From Antedon mediterranea (lineage: Eukaryota > Animalia > Echinodermata): 64,000 nucleotides of DNA. Positions 44,401 through 57,757 of the stretch are shown piece by piece. Below the pieces are notes generated by a model. The model searched no databases, was not told where the DNA came from, and saw only the letters and a program-made list of their open reading frames with translations. The stretch is from NCBI RefSeq assembly GCF_964355755.1, contig NC_092676.1:6673888-6737887 (forward strand), written 5' to 3'. Positions within the stretch are counted from its first letter, which is position 1; the number at the start of each line of letters is the position of its first letter. A program made the translations under genes and the position numbers.

Positions 44401-46493
44401 CGGCAGGAAGCGAAAAAACACAGTTAGCATGCGTCGTCGTTAATATATTCGAACAGTTATAGTAATGTAAACAAATAGTAGAGCTATATCTGTTATGAAA
44501 TTCCAATATTAAAACATCTCTTTTTCATAGACTGGTTCTTTAGAAGGTCAGCATTTCAAGAAATACAACAAACTGGTCTCTCTCAGTGAACAACAGCTTG
44601 TCGACTGTTCCCACAGCTTTGGTAATGACGGTTGTGAAGGAGGATTGATGGACAACGCTTTTAAATACATCAAAGCTAATGGTGGTATTGAATCAGAGGA
44701 AAGCTATTCATACACAGCAGAGGTACGGTTGGTATTTTTAGTCGAGTGACCAAGGGGTTAAGGCAATCCACAATAATCCAATCGGTGCAGGTTTGAGGCT
44801 GGCAATCCCTGTCCATAATAGTATGGTAGTTGAATAAGTCCTACGCGCATTGAGAGCTTTAAAATATAGGAGGTTACTCATTATTTATTTCATGTTCCGT
44901 TTTTGATGTGGCCAGCACACTACGAAAGAGGATAATTGATGACGTAATAATATATACTACCCAATGAAATAAATTCGATAATCACGCCATTAAATAACAC
45001 TTTTACATATAACATTCAGGATGGTAAATGCAAGTTTGATGCTAGTCTTGTTGTTGCCACTGATACCGGTTACACAGATGTTGAGTCTGGCAGCGAACAG
45101 AAACTAAAGAGTGCTGTAGCCACTGTTGGACCAATCTCAGTTGCAATGGATGCTAGCCACCAGTCATTCCAGCTCTACCATCAAGGTATTATTTGTTTCT
45201 ATCCCGATTTTCTGTTCATGGTGATGAAAAAGTCAAAACAGTGAAAGGCCATTTTATGGTCTCTATTGTTATGCGTAGAAACGGGAAGGGAATAAGTGTT
45301 TGTTTTTTAATTGCCTAAGTATTTGTAAGTGCACTCATTAATGCAATCAATTCGTTAAGAGTCATGTACGTTCTTTTTATCTTTGGTTGTTAGGAGTATA
45401 CTCTGAACCAGGATGCAGCAGCACACGTCTGGATCACGGAGTCTTGGCTGTTGGTTACGGTGAAGACGGTGAATCTGGTAAATCCTATTGGTTGATCAAG
45501 AACAGGTGAGTACACAGAACCCGGATAATCAATTATATTTAATGTAAACATGGCGATATTTCTAAAAATGTTAACTAGATATCAGTCTTAACTCTAATAA
45601 ACTGAACCTAACCTTCTCAAACAATAAGACACAATAAATAGATTGATATGTTGTTAATATTCCATGAGCATCCTTCTGTTTTCATTTTGATGTCGGAATA
45701 GTATCTGCAAAACCAGAAGTGCACATTATCAGGGACGATATAGAGGGCGCGATTTACATACTATTAACAGAGTCATATAAAGAGTTGCGACTTTGAATGG
45801 AGTAGAAGCCGTGTTTGTGTCCAACTATTCCTATGTAGCGTATGGAGTTGAGTCTTTTGTTTTGAAAATGTATAACGTTCAAAAGGCTTTAACTATCGAA
45901 TTTAATATCAAAACAATCAATTTGTTTAAAGGTTTTTGTTAAAATAATAAAAACAAGTAAAAAGTTACTGCGAACATGATTTTAAACAACAATTTCGGAA
46001 CTGCTCTAGCTGTGCGCTTCATGCATGCGTGCGCGTTTAGTTTGTCAGCGATTCTCTAATAGTAATGCATTGTTTTTACATTTTGTTGTTTAAAATCATG
46101 CTCGCAGTAACGTTTTATGATTTTGTTATTATCTTAACAAAAACCTTTAAACAAATTGGTTGTTTTGATATTAAATTCGATATTTAAAGCTTTGTGAATG
46201 TTATACATTTTTTAAGCAAATGACTCGACTCCATACTCTACATAAGCAAAGTTGGACACAAAGATGGCCGGTGTGCACCCCACGTGACTTTCCAAAATCC
46301 GTGAACGCAATGCCGTAACTCTTTATATATATGGCTCTGACTATTAACAAAACAATTCATTTTAATAAAATGCTTTTATTTTGTATTTTCTTTCAGCTGG
46401 GGTACTACATGGGGAATGGAGGGCTACTTTAAGATTACCCGCAAAGGTAACATGTGTGGAATTGCCACTCAAGCCAGCTACCCTATGGTTTAA
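41426..46493 (+). CDS. Cathepsin L-like cysteine protease copy 4 (~323 aa), active site intact
   Basis: Exons 41426-41510, 42554-42693, 42990-43136, 43744-43776, 44531-44722, 45020-45185, 45394-45505, 46397-46493. All GT-AG, 972 nt. Motifs [37 protein letters not shown]. Confidence 0.95.
45768..46339. mobile_element. Fold-back MITE with 8-bp TSD (hAT/P-like) in copy 4 intron 7
   Basis: ACTATTAA|CAGAGTCATATA...TATATGGCTCTG|ACTATTAA; internal inverted arms at ~45813-45995 and ~46078-46262. Confidence 0.82.
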
Positions 46494-49269
46494 CTTCAGG
46501 TGAGTTAATAGGCATCGGCAGATAGGAATAATGATCTTAAATAATGATTAAATAGATTATATAATCATTATAACTGGGTTATAATTTAAACATTATGTTG
46601 TAGATAGTGAAGATGATTAGCGTATTTGATTACGAATCTCGGAGTCGTTGATCAATACAACGAGAATAAACCCAAATAATATTGTAATGTGTATGTTTTC
46701 ATCCGCCGTGTTTAACATATGTGGTCATAAAAGCACTATTTTATTTCTTGTTTTATTTCTAATATTAGCAGTTTTACTACTAATTTCCTTTTTGGCCTCA
46801 AAGAAAAAGATAATGAGCTAGGCATAACAAACAAAACAAACAAGATTATAATTGGTCTTATATAATTGTTGTTTGGCCTACATATAAAATAGAACATTCT
46901 GCGAAGTAAAAGTATAACTCTGGTGGGATTCGGACCTACGACCTCCAGATCAATATGAGGTTATACCACACATGTCTTATAAACTCAAACAATCACCTAT
47001 TTAATATCATTTTTTTTTTTTCAGAATTACTCTCAATGCTCAACTATTTACAGCATCGACGCTGAACCATACGCAGAACAAGATAAAATTCCAAAATAAC
47101 TAAAATCTTTAAAAAACACAGTACTGGGATCCAACTCAAGATTGGACATAAGTTAAAAATAAATTATGGAAAAAGTTGACAAGATATATAGTAAATAAAT
47201 ATAAGAATTTTACATTGCTGTATATAATTTATTTTCACTTTTTTAAATGTTTATTATATAAAGATATGATTTTATACGAATAAATCTACAATTTTAACAT
47301 AACATGCTTCTTATTGTCTAACAATTTGTTTGTAAAACTTTATTATTAATTGGTATATACCTGAATTTCACTATGTGACGGCCCTGCTAAGGATGCATTT
47401 CCATACACAATCATACGTAATTTGAATAGTATGTTGTGGTTGTCATTTTCGAACGACAGACAATACGCAACGATGGGCTTAGCAATGGCAGGAACTCAGA
47501 TGCATTTTACATTTACAATGTCTGTAAATTAATCTAGTGTTTCTATACCAAAGTATATAATTATAGGATAATGTGGTGTAGCCTATGTAGCATACAGTTT
47601 TGTTCACTATGCAACTACCGTAGGCTCAGTCGGTATTACGGTACCTCGCCGTGATTGTTGGCCAATGACCGTGAGCGTTAGTCACTGAACCATTTACAAT
47701 TGTAGGCCTACATGTCAAGTTTAGATCAAGATTAGAAGGAGACTTACCCAGTAAATTGCCATCAATGTTTCTGAAGATTATTCTGAATATCAAGCACTTG
47801 TAAGTTTAACATATTTTTGGCATATACATGTAAAGTTTAAGCAGTTTAGGAGGTGAGACTTATTACAGAAAGTCGACTGATACCATATTACGTCGTGTTT
47901 AATGATATGAGCATGCGCAATTTGACTGGAACGTTAACTGTCAAATCTGAGAACGTGTTCAGTGACGTTTTCCCGTTTGCTCTCTGAGTAGGCCTACGAG
48001 TGGCCTTATGACGTTATAACACTGCAACAGTTTACCAAATTCATGAATTTTTTCTGGGAATGAGTCAACGATTTTCAGTTAAATTATATACAAACTGTGA
48101 ATTACTGTTTGCAGTGTTTAAATAAACATAAAATACAGTTTAGGGCCCATGTCTACCAATTTTAGGCCGTACGTCAAAACTACAATAATGCAATCCATTA
48201 AAACGTATAAAAGATGCCCTTAAATTTGGGAGGCAATCCGGACCAGCATCCAAATTGTGGATCACTTTTAGGCCATAAAATGATAGCCAAAATGTTTCTA
48301 TGTTTTTTTACACAAACTGAAAACTACATAATTGTTTATTATAACAATTATTATGTTGAATTAAATTTTGCGGTAGGCCTCCTACACCGCGTATATTTAG
48401 TTCTGGATATAAATGTTGAGTTTTGCGACGTTTTGTCAATACAATGATCGTCCTCAGAAGTGAGGATATATTATAATACATTAGACAACTCCCTGTTTTG
48501 CCACACTTTATATTTTAACTAATTTAAACAATATACATTTTTTAATAACAGGGCTTAATTATTTGTTTTTAAAAAGCACTTGCTCTTGGTGCTAATGTTT
48601 ATCCGTCATTGCACCAAACAAATGTATCTGTCCCTTGTAACAATCGATAAAAAGTACATTTCAAAGATAAGATATTGCAAACCCATCCTTTTTTTTTCAA
48701 CCTTCAATTGTAAACCTACCACATATTGTTATTACTACAAATGACCACATATAGGCTAAGGATTAAATAACTGTCATAAATGTTCTCATAAATTATTATT
48801 ATTAGTGGTATTATTATTTATATTATTATTATTATTTATATTCTTATGTGTATGAGCATATGCCACCGATTTAATTGTATATTCAATCAATTATGTTATC
48901 ATCTGGAACGGTGGAAGATTATTCGACTACTTATACACAGTATAGATGAGCTGTTTTTCATCCTGCCTTTATGGTCAAACAAATATCCAATATATATAAT
49001 ATAAGAATGTGTACATAAATTAATTTAAACTTTTTTATCGATTTACTTTATATATATAGGCATAGGCTTACAACAAGCAACCATGCTATTGGCACAAAAC
49101 CATGTTTGAAAAAACAACATAGACGCCACTGCACTGGATATAGTTATAAATAAAACTACATTTACTAGCAGAATTAAGACAAATCTAAATTACTTTTTCA
49201 AAGTTACGTTTTTGCTGTAGTAGTTGTATGAACTAGCTCAAATAAAAGGTACTAAAATCAATTACTTTT

Positions 49270-50025
49270 TTTTTGTTTTTTTTATTTCATATTTCATGGT
49301 ACCAAAAACAAGACCGACGCAGCAGTAACACACACACAAAATAAAAATAAAAATCAAATTCTGCAATTAACAATTCATTGTTCTAAGTAATTTAACAATG
49401 AAAAACAATGTATGGTAAATAGAGATAATAAAGATAAAAAAAGATATATTAAGTTGTCCGAATTGAACAGTTTGGTGATTAATCTACATAAAAAATACAA
49501 GAACGCTATAAATTACATAAATCTTCATTTTTCATGTTTTTTAGGGGGTAAAAACATCTTTAATAAGTTTGATTTCAGTTTAAAAAAGAAAAAACCATAA
49601 ATACACAACTTTCATAATTCAATATCACTACATACACAATATATACCCAAATGTGAAAATGTATAAACAAATAAAGCGATCAGATTTCGATCAGAATTGC
49701 CAAACATTTGTTTTCTAACTTTCTATTTTTTTGTGCAATATGCCATTCCATGTTTTGGAGATATTTTAGTTCGACTAGGAAGTATTTTAGTGTGACTGCT
49801 ATATTTCTCCATTTACATCTATAAATATAGTATTTTCCAATCAAAATAATGAAATTTATTAGGTCTACAGAATCTTTTGGAAAACCCAATAAAATATGTT
49901 TTGCATTGAATACTATTTTCATATTTATATTGTTCAACCAGAATTGGACGTCTTTCCAAAATGATATTACTTTTTTGCATTTCCAAAAAAGATGTTGCAA
50001 ACACTCCGGCTCTTCCTTACAAGAT
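49270..50025 (-). mobile_element. 3' fragment of an L1/Tx1-type LINE (C-terminal zinc-finger region)
   Basis: Minus-strand ORF CKEEPECLQHLFWKCKKVISFW...INFIILIGKYYIYRCK, followed by an AT-rich 3' region ending in an A-rich tract. Confidence 0.7.
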
Positions 50026-51289
50026 CTTGTTTTTTACTGTACTTGCAATGTGAAAATCGGGCATATCTAGGATCTTGATAGTTAAACTTAACTTATACTA
50101 AAATATTTTCACACACTGAAATTGTTATTTATAACCAGATAAATGTTACCAACATTTGAATGAATTACGGTAAAACCAATAAAAAAAAAACCCGTATTTA
50201 TCTTAATACAAAGTAGACCTTTTTTATTGTACATTAAAAAACAATATATTTACATGATTGGAAAATTATGACAATAAACAAAGGAAAATCGAATAGATAT
50301 TAGTAAAACTGTATTCAGAATAAACAAGGCCATATAGATGGCTGCAGGGGTTCGCATGCTTAGTGTTTACCGACCGACTGACCAACCTACCAACTGACCG
50401 AAATTACTGAACATGTTTAAAAATGTTGAAATGTTTAAAAACAGTTATATTTTTTTAATTTACACGTGCGTAGCCTGTCACTTTTGACGTGCTCGTATAA
50501 CGTAATTTCGAGTTGAAAAGTAAGTCAAGAAAACAGAAATCGAGCAAAAAGAGTTCGCAATAACATTTAAAGTGCAGTGCGCGCGCAAAAATCTGCGCAC
50601 TCATGGCAATTTTGTAAACACTTAAAATTGCCTGAAACGTACTCTTATTTCATCGAAAATAAATTTTGAACATTTTAAGCGCGCGTACGCATGCGTTACA
50701 TGCGCTACGCACGTAATTGTATTGCCATATGATGATTTATGCCCTGGAATTTATGAGTACCAAATTTTATTTAATTGTGATTCATGGTTGTGAAGATATG
50801 ATTACAAACGTGATTTCGTTAAATCGTGCGTAGACCGCGTAATTTTGTATTGCACACCGTGAAAACATAACCACATCGATTCCTGGCCATAATAGCCTGG
50901 GTGCAGAACAATTATTATACACATTTGCGGGAAAAAAGTATAGGAAAATTTTTTTTTGTTTTTCTAATAGAGTATACCATATAGAATGTCAGAAAAAAAA
51001 TCCCCATCCCAGGGTCTTGGGGAAAATTTTTTATGGCACTTTTAAATTTTGGCCTATATAACACACACAAATTCCTATCAACGCACATAAATACCTATAT
51101 ATAGGGGATAGGGAAAATCAATTAACAGTTTTTGTTACTTGCAGTTGTGTTTTAATGATTAAAATTAGTAGAGGCTTACTTTAATAACTACTTCTCATAG
51201 TAGTTGATAAATCAAGTCGATACGATGACATCATCATGCCCGAATCCAATATGGTGTCCAATTTGGCGGGAAAAACAGGGTATTGCTAA

Positions 51290-51755
51290 ACCCCCGCAAA
51301 CCCCTGGAAACCTAAAAAAAAAACATAGAACACCCCACCGAACCAACATAAAAGTGATTGAATCATGGAGTGTACAACCCACTAGGTATGTCCATGTAAA
51401 ACGACAACAAAAATTCTACTGTTAACTACTTATTTTTGGGTAAAACATCATTTTTTGGTTAAAAATTTTACCCAAAAAATAAGTAGTTAACAGTACAAAT
51501 TTTATTTTTTTTAAACATGGATATACCCAGTGGGTCGTACACTACATGATTCAATCACTTTTATTATGTTGGTTCAGTGGAGTTTGCTATGTTTTTTTGG
51601 AGGTTTGTAGGGTTTATCAATCATTTTTGACCAAAAATGATGTTTAACCCCAAAAATAAGTAGTTAACAGTAGAAATTTAATTTTTTTTTTACATGGATA
51701 TACCCAGTGGATCGTACACTACATGATTCAATCACTTTTATGTTGGTTTGGTGGT
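51290..51755. repeat. ~150-bp-arm inverted repeat centred near 51455, plus a further direct copy of one arm
   Basis: AAAGTGATTGAATCATG...CTGTTAACTACTTATTTT versus AAAATAAGTAGTTAACAG...CATGATTCAATCACTTT, the latter present twice. Confidence 0.8.
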
Positions 51756-51756
51756 G

Positions 51757-53403
51757 CTTCGCATTTTCCTATCTCCTCCTACGATAATTGTTTTTAATGG
51801 CTGAAAACCGGTTGAACAGCTCGAGTACAGCATCATAATGTTGAAGACAGGCCGATTTTTTTTAAAAAATACTATTTTGATAGATTTAATATACGTTTAT
51901 ACAAATGTATTGATTTGCGATGAATGGAACATTCCAATCTCTGTTCCACAAGTGTCTATTCCCTCAGGCGTCGTAAAGGCAAGTACTGTATACTCATAAC
52001 AGAAATTCGATCGATTTTTTTTTCAATCTGTGCTGCAGAGGTTGGATATAGATTTTTTTTAACGGATAATGAGCTAGCGTTTTCAGTCGCCGTATATTAT
52101 GTACAAATCTTTATTATTGCAGTTAAACCACCCACGTGACATCATCACCCTTCCCTCACTGGCATGAGTAGCGTTGTAAAGCCAGTAGAGGATAGGCCTA
52201 CGGTGCATCACATGCCCTAAACGCAGAAAAACTTTGGTGGTTAGGGTTAGGAACCAACTTAAGTATGAATTGGCTCTAAGAAACAATTGAAAACCATTAG
52301 GCCTACTAATTAAGTTCAGTTAGATAATTTAATATTTATTGACGATTAAATTGAATTTATGATTTGCCACGAATAGGGGTGGTTTTCACAAATTGTTTTA
52401 CATTATATAAACATATTATACACGTCGTAGTGATGTATCGTTACATGTACTATACTATTTCAATCGACTAGGACGGTGATGGTTTCAACAAAGTATTACA
52501 TCGCAATGTTTTACTGTGTTTAGTGGTATATTATTTGTAAAACATGAAAACAATTAATATTTCGTTACTACATGGATAAAGAATATATTTAAAAATTGTT
52601 CCTCTTTGCACCCATCCTCTTTCCCATCTCTCAACCCTAATGTTACAAAACACAAATTAAGTTTGTTTAAATTTGACTTAAACAATTGGTCTCATTTTGT
52701 GACAAGTTTCTCTTTCGGAAGTAATTCCCAGGGTGCTAATTTTAGTTCAGTACATAAATCACAGTGTCTATTTATTCGTTCCTGTAAACGACATGTATTA
52801 TTGTCCTGCGGTACGTACATTTGAAATCGCCAGTTTTTTAACGCTGAAATTATTATGTATTCGAGAACCATCTGTGGGCACGACCATCTAGTTAAAAACA
52901 ATTATCGTAGAAGGAGATAGGAAAATGCGAAGTATCCTCGTATTATTGTGTGCAGGTATTTTTCAAGAGGACATCCATTAGACAGTGTATACCACATCGA
53001 AAAACACCCCTATTTGAGGCAAATCGTTGAACTTAAATTCGTTTTAATTGTCAATAACTAATTATCTAACTCAATTTAGTTAGTAAACAGGGCTACATCA
53101 GGTGCTTAAAATCAGTACCGAGATTCTAACCAACGTTATATACCATCGAGTAAACATTCTAGAAATAAAGCGCGATTTACCGAATTTTGCCCTTACGTAA
53201 AAACACCCTATTTGGGGCAAATCGTTGAACCTAAATTCGTTTTAATTATCTAACTCAATTTAATTAGTAATCAGGGTTACATCAGGTGGTTAAAATCAGT
53301 ACCGAGGTTCTAACCAACTTTATATACCATCGAGTAGGCCTAAACATTCTATAAATAACGTGCGATTTACCGAATTTTGCCCTTACGTAAATTTATATAT
53401 AGA
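51757..53403. mobile_element. Rearranged copy of the same Helitron: 3' part on + (51757-52891), 5' part inverted (52892-53403)
   Basis: 51757-52891 is colinear with ~19209-20355 and ends CTAG. 52892-53403 is the reverse complement of the first ~325 bp with an internal duplication, ending ATTTATATATAGA. Confidence 0.8.
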
Positions 53404-53420
53404 TGACTGGCCATCGGATG

Positions 53421-53646
53421 TTTTTTTTTTTTTTTTTTTTTTTTTTTGTATTAATATTTGTCCTCAGTGAGGAAATTCGGATTAGGCCCTCCACGGACCC
53501 ACGGCAGCCAACAGTGCAGCGCCTACCAGATTAGGCAATGAGAGTAAAGCATCTTGCCAAAGGATGCAATTAGTATGGTACAGATAACCTCGAACCCATG
53601 CCTATCACATGCTAGTCCGATATTACCATTACACCATCACTCTCCA
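53421..53646 (-). mobile_element. tRNA-headed SINE with CORE-like block and poly(A) tail
   Basis: Minus strand: TGGTGTAATGG (A box), GGTTCGAG (B box), GCATCCTTTGGCAAGATGCTTTAC (CORE-like), long A tail (T run starting 53421). Confidence 0.65.
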
Positions 53647-53652
53647 GTATAT

Positions 53653-53732
53653 ACAGCACCCGCCACGATTTCTAGACGGTCTCCCATCCAGAACGCAACC
53701 GGGCCCAACGTTGCTTAACTTCGGTGATCTGA
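53653..53732 (-). pseudogene. 5S rRNA-derived fragment (3' two-thirds)
   Basis: Reverse complement GATCACCGAAGTTAAGCAACGTTGGGCCCGGTT...GGATGGGAGACCG...CGGGTGCTGT matches the 5S internal control region and 3' end; the 5' end is missing. Confidence 0.8.
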
Positions 53733-56700
53733 AATGACAAGATAACACATATGCCTACCTGGTTGTTGAGACAATTCGGGGTGTGCCCTTGATTACTACA
53801 GGCGTTGCTCGCTTGTTTATCTTCACATTATGTGTAGCACGTTATACCTGCTGAAAGAAAGTCAACTCAAACATTCAAAGCTACTGTACAGTCTAATTTT
53901 CTACAAACTTATTATGCTACGTTGTACTTCGTATTTATGGGTGATGGGAACATTTAGATCTGAGGAATTGTCACATAATATATTAAATTTAATAGATGTG
54001 AAAATTCTATTCATAAAAATCTTAAAATAGAAAATTTATTATATATTATTTTTAAATAAAATGTATGGTCGTATTTTTGCAATAACTCTTTTTCATAATT
54101 GTTTTTTTCTCATTTGGCGAGTTGTCCCATTTTTATTTCATTTCAACATTAACTGCATCAGTCAAATAACACATTGTTTGTGATCTATAATTTAACTTGT
54201 CTATGCCCTTTTTATATACATTTGAATATTGAAGCCTAGCACCAGATGATTGAAGAGTACTGTTTATCACCTTCAAGAAACAGTATGTTATAGTGTGCAA
54301 TAACATGCTGAAATGTATTTATCTAAATATATTTATATAACCTTTTATTTTCTTCTTATTTTAATTGTTATATGTATTCTCTTTATCTATCTCACTGCAC
54401 CTATATATCAATACAGTATCTGTTACAAATGACAGGGTCATTACAAGTTTATAACAAAATGCGAATATAAACATGTATTAAACATTACAAAATTATATAA
54501 CAATAATAATTAATTGATAAATTAATAATAAAAAGACTTAAGGACACTATAACTAGCATAAAACTTTCCATTCTTCTTCACCTAGCAACAACCTTTTTAT
54601 CCAATGGAATCTGAGTGCCAGACACTGACAATACTGCCATGATTTACGAACAGGTATTATCTCAAAAAAGTAGTTTTGAGTAAATGAGCAAAACGCGTTT
54701 GAGTTTATCCTAAAAACCTATAATATGTATACGTACATACATGGAAATTATGCAACATAAATTTTATTTAATAATTTATTTTTTAGGTGGTCAAAATTGA
54801 GATAATTCCTTCTTGTAGATTAATTATCCCAACTAATAACCACAAATGATTTAACAAAAGGCATTATCTATATTTCTTTTTTGGAATGTACAGTACAAAA
54901 CATAATAATACTACACAATTGAATAGTATATCATATTGCAATTAGATAACGAATATCGACGAAATGTAGGCCTACAGCATTAATATTATCATCGACGATG
55001 TTAATTGTTCTGATCTATTTGCGTCTGAAATGTCGTAAAGAAGATAACGTGAAAGTTATAAGTAAATTATTTTTAATAACTATTATAATGTAACGTCAAT
55101 AGATTCTTACCCAGCATGAAACAAGTGGTTTTTTTTTAGGTTATAACAATACCACTAATCAAATGGTATTTATTTTAATGCGAAGCGAAGATCTTTTAAC
55201 TGCTTATCATTTATATAATTACTGTAAGAATGAAAGAGAAATAATTGTTAATAATTATCGTATTTATAATATCAAACACGCGCGGACCCGAGACGGTGAA
55301 GGTGAGTCGCAGGTAATTGTATGGAGGGATGTGGTTAAAAAAATATAAAAAAATTCATTAAATCTGATTAGTAATAGTAGCACACTCATTACAATTAGGA
55401 AATGAAGTCAATGAATTGAGGAGTTGCTTAGAGTTTCTACTTTTTTCTTTTTCGCAATTATCTGAATGGGTAATTTCAACGTAAAATTAGTCTACAGAAA
55501 ATGCAGTCAACGGCATAACCAGGGAAGAGTGGAAACTCCCGTCCCTGGTATAACTTTGTATACCTTTTTAAAGAAAGGAGTTTTTATTTAATTATTGATT
55601 CTAAGATTATAATAATCCCAGATAGAACGTGCAAACTATTAATGTGTACAATAGAAATCAAGTTTCTATTAAATATACCATACACAATACATCATTTCTA
55701 AATTTGATTTGTCATTATTGTTTTGTTATTCGCTATATATAATATCGGAATACTTTTTGACGAAGCATTTGTGCGGCACGTCAGTTGAAGCATTGTAGGC
55801 ATCATAGGTTACATGAAACAGGTTAGTACTGAATAGCATTTATATAATATAATAATTTTAATAATAATAATAATAAGAATTCGTAATAAAAAAAAGAGAG
55901 AGAATTGTTAATGTTGTGATTGACAGTTTAGATAGGTAATCAATTAAAGAACGAGCTTGTCTTTGAATTGGTGATACTAGATACCAATTATCCGTAACCG
56001 TAAAGGTGCCCTTATGTCGACATGGAACTCAACTCAACTCAACTGTGTCGACATAAGCGCTCCGAGCCAGTGAACGCAACTGACAGCAACTGATATGCAC
56101 ACAAAAAATGTCGACATAAGCTTAGTTCCTTTCAGTTCCTTTCAGTTGGTTTCAGTTGCTCATATTCTATTTATTTGGAACTGAAAGGAACTTTTTACGA
56201 CTCAAGCGCGTTTAGTTCCATGTCGACATAAGCACTCGCACAATGGTTCATCTCTGTTCAGTTCCGTTAGTTCCATTGCGTTCAGTTGCTCAAAATGTAC
56301 TTCTGTTATTTCAATATCAATCAGAGTTAAAAAAAAACTAAAAATACTAATACACTTCAGTAGATGTATATATCTATATTCCTTAATCAAAAATCGGGGT
56401 TGTAACGAATGTTATATTGAGGAAGATACCATTCCATCGTCCAATTTACTAAGAAAGAAACTTGGTAGGCCAATACTTGCAGTAACAAAAAGTCTATAGT
56501 TAAATTTTCTTTTTATTTGACATGTTTTTTTAATTCACATGGTGACGATTATATTTCACTAAAAATACGTCGTGTTTTTATTCCTTTGCTTGGTGTATAC
56601 TTGCATTTCTACAATATTAAAGTTCATGTATTCGAGAATCTGGGCTATTACGTAAAAGAAAAAATTCAAGTAAATCGCTAGTATCTTTCGCTCAATAGTG

Positions 56701-57757
56701 AAAATAGGCCTACTTTCCATACTAAATTGTACCAGAAATTGAAAACTAGTATTTAGGCCTACTAATTAATAATTCATTATTGGCGAATAAAATAAATTTA
56801 CCCGAAGGAAAAGATGTGTTTTTCACACACTGTTTCCATTATAAATACTACACCTATGTTAAATTGAACTTTAAGCCACCATTTTACACGATACACCATA
56901 ATGTAATAACATGAGAGTTTTTTTTTTCATTTTTTGTAAGAGTAGAATGCACTTGTGCTGGAAAAACTTAAAATTAATAAGCCTAGAGGGCTTTAAGGCT
57001 ATAGTTCTAGAAGAACACTTTTTAAAAGTATAGGTCTATAATAATAGCTGAATATTTAGTCAAACAACGTCATATACATGGCTGCAGTCGCGTGCTCAAA
57101 TTTGAGTTAGTGTTTACCGACCGACCTACCGACCGACCAACCGACCGACCGACCAACCGACCGACATAGTGAGCTGCTAAAAATAAATACATAATTAAAC
57201 AATTGTCTTTAAGTACCAAATTTTATTTTGCCTATGATTTTAGATGCATAACGATTGACGATAAATAGATAGCATACATTCTTACATTATAAAAAAAAAA
57301 AATTATAACAGTGTTTGTTCTAAAACTATAGGATAATCATTTAGACTGTCTTTGAGAAACATAATATTTTAAACCCCAATCAAATGACGTTTTCCTATAG
57401 TTATTGGATAAAAATGTATACATGAAAATGCATATTTATCTCTTTATCCTCGATCGTTATCGTCCTAGTGTAAATGAGCCCTTAGGTTATATAATGCAAT
57501 GTATACATATGTATTTAGGCGCCTTTTTTAATGTGTTGTGTTTTTTTTAATTTGTATTGCTTGCACGCTAAGTGGATATCAAAGCTACAGTAGGCTGCAG
57601 CAAGGCCCATCGTTTTCGATGGCACATTATTTTTAGGTCTATTTTGCATTGCACAAAAATCTGAACTTTTTGAAAACGAGTTGACCGTAAAAACAAAGGT
57701 AGAAAGGTTAAGTAATAATCATTCGTATTTTTTGGATTTGTCAACAGGCTTTACATT

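Noticed and set aside
46915-46960. tRNA gene (reverse B-box-like text; similar at ~31890-31945)
   Set aside because: No complete cloverleaf; probably decayed SINE heads.
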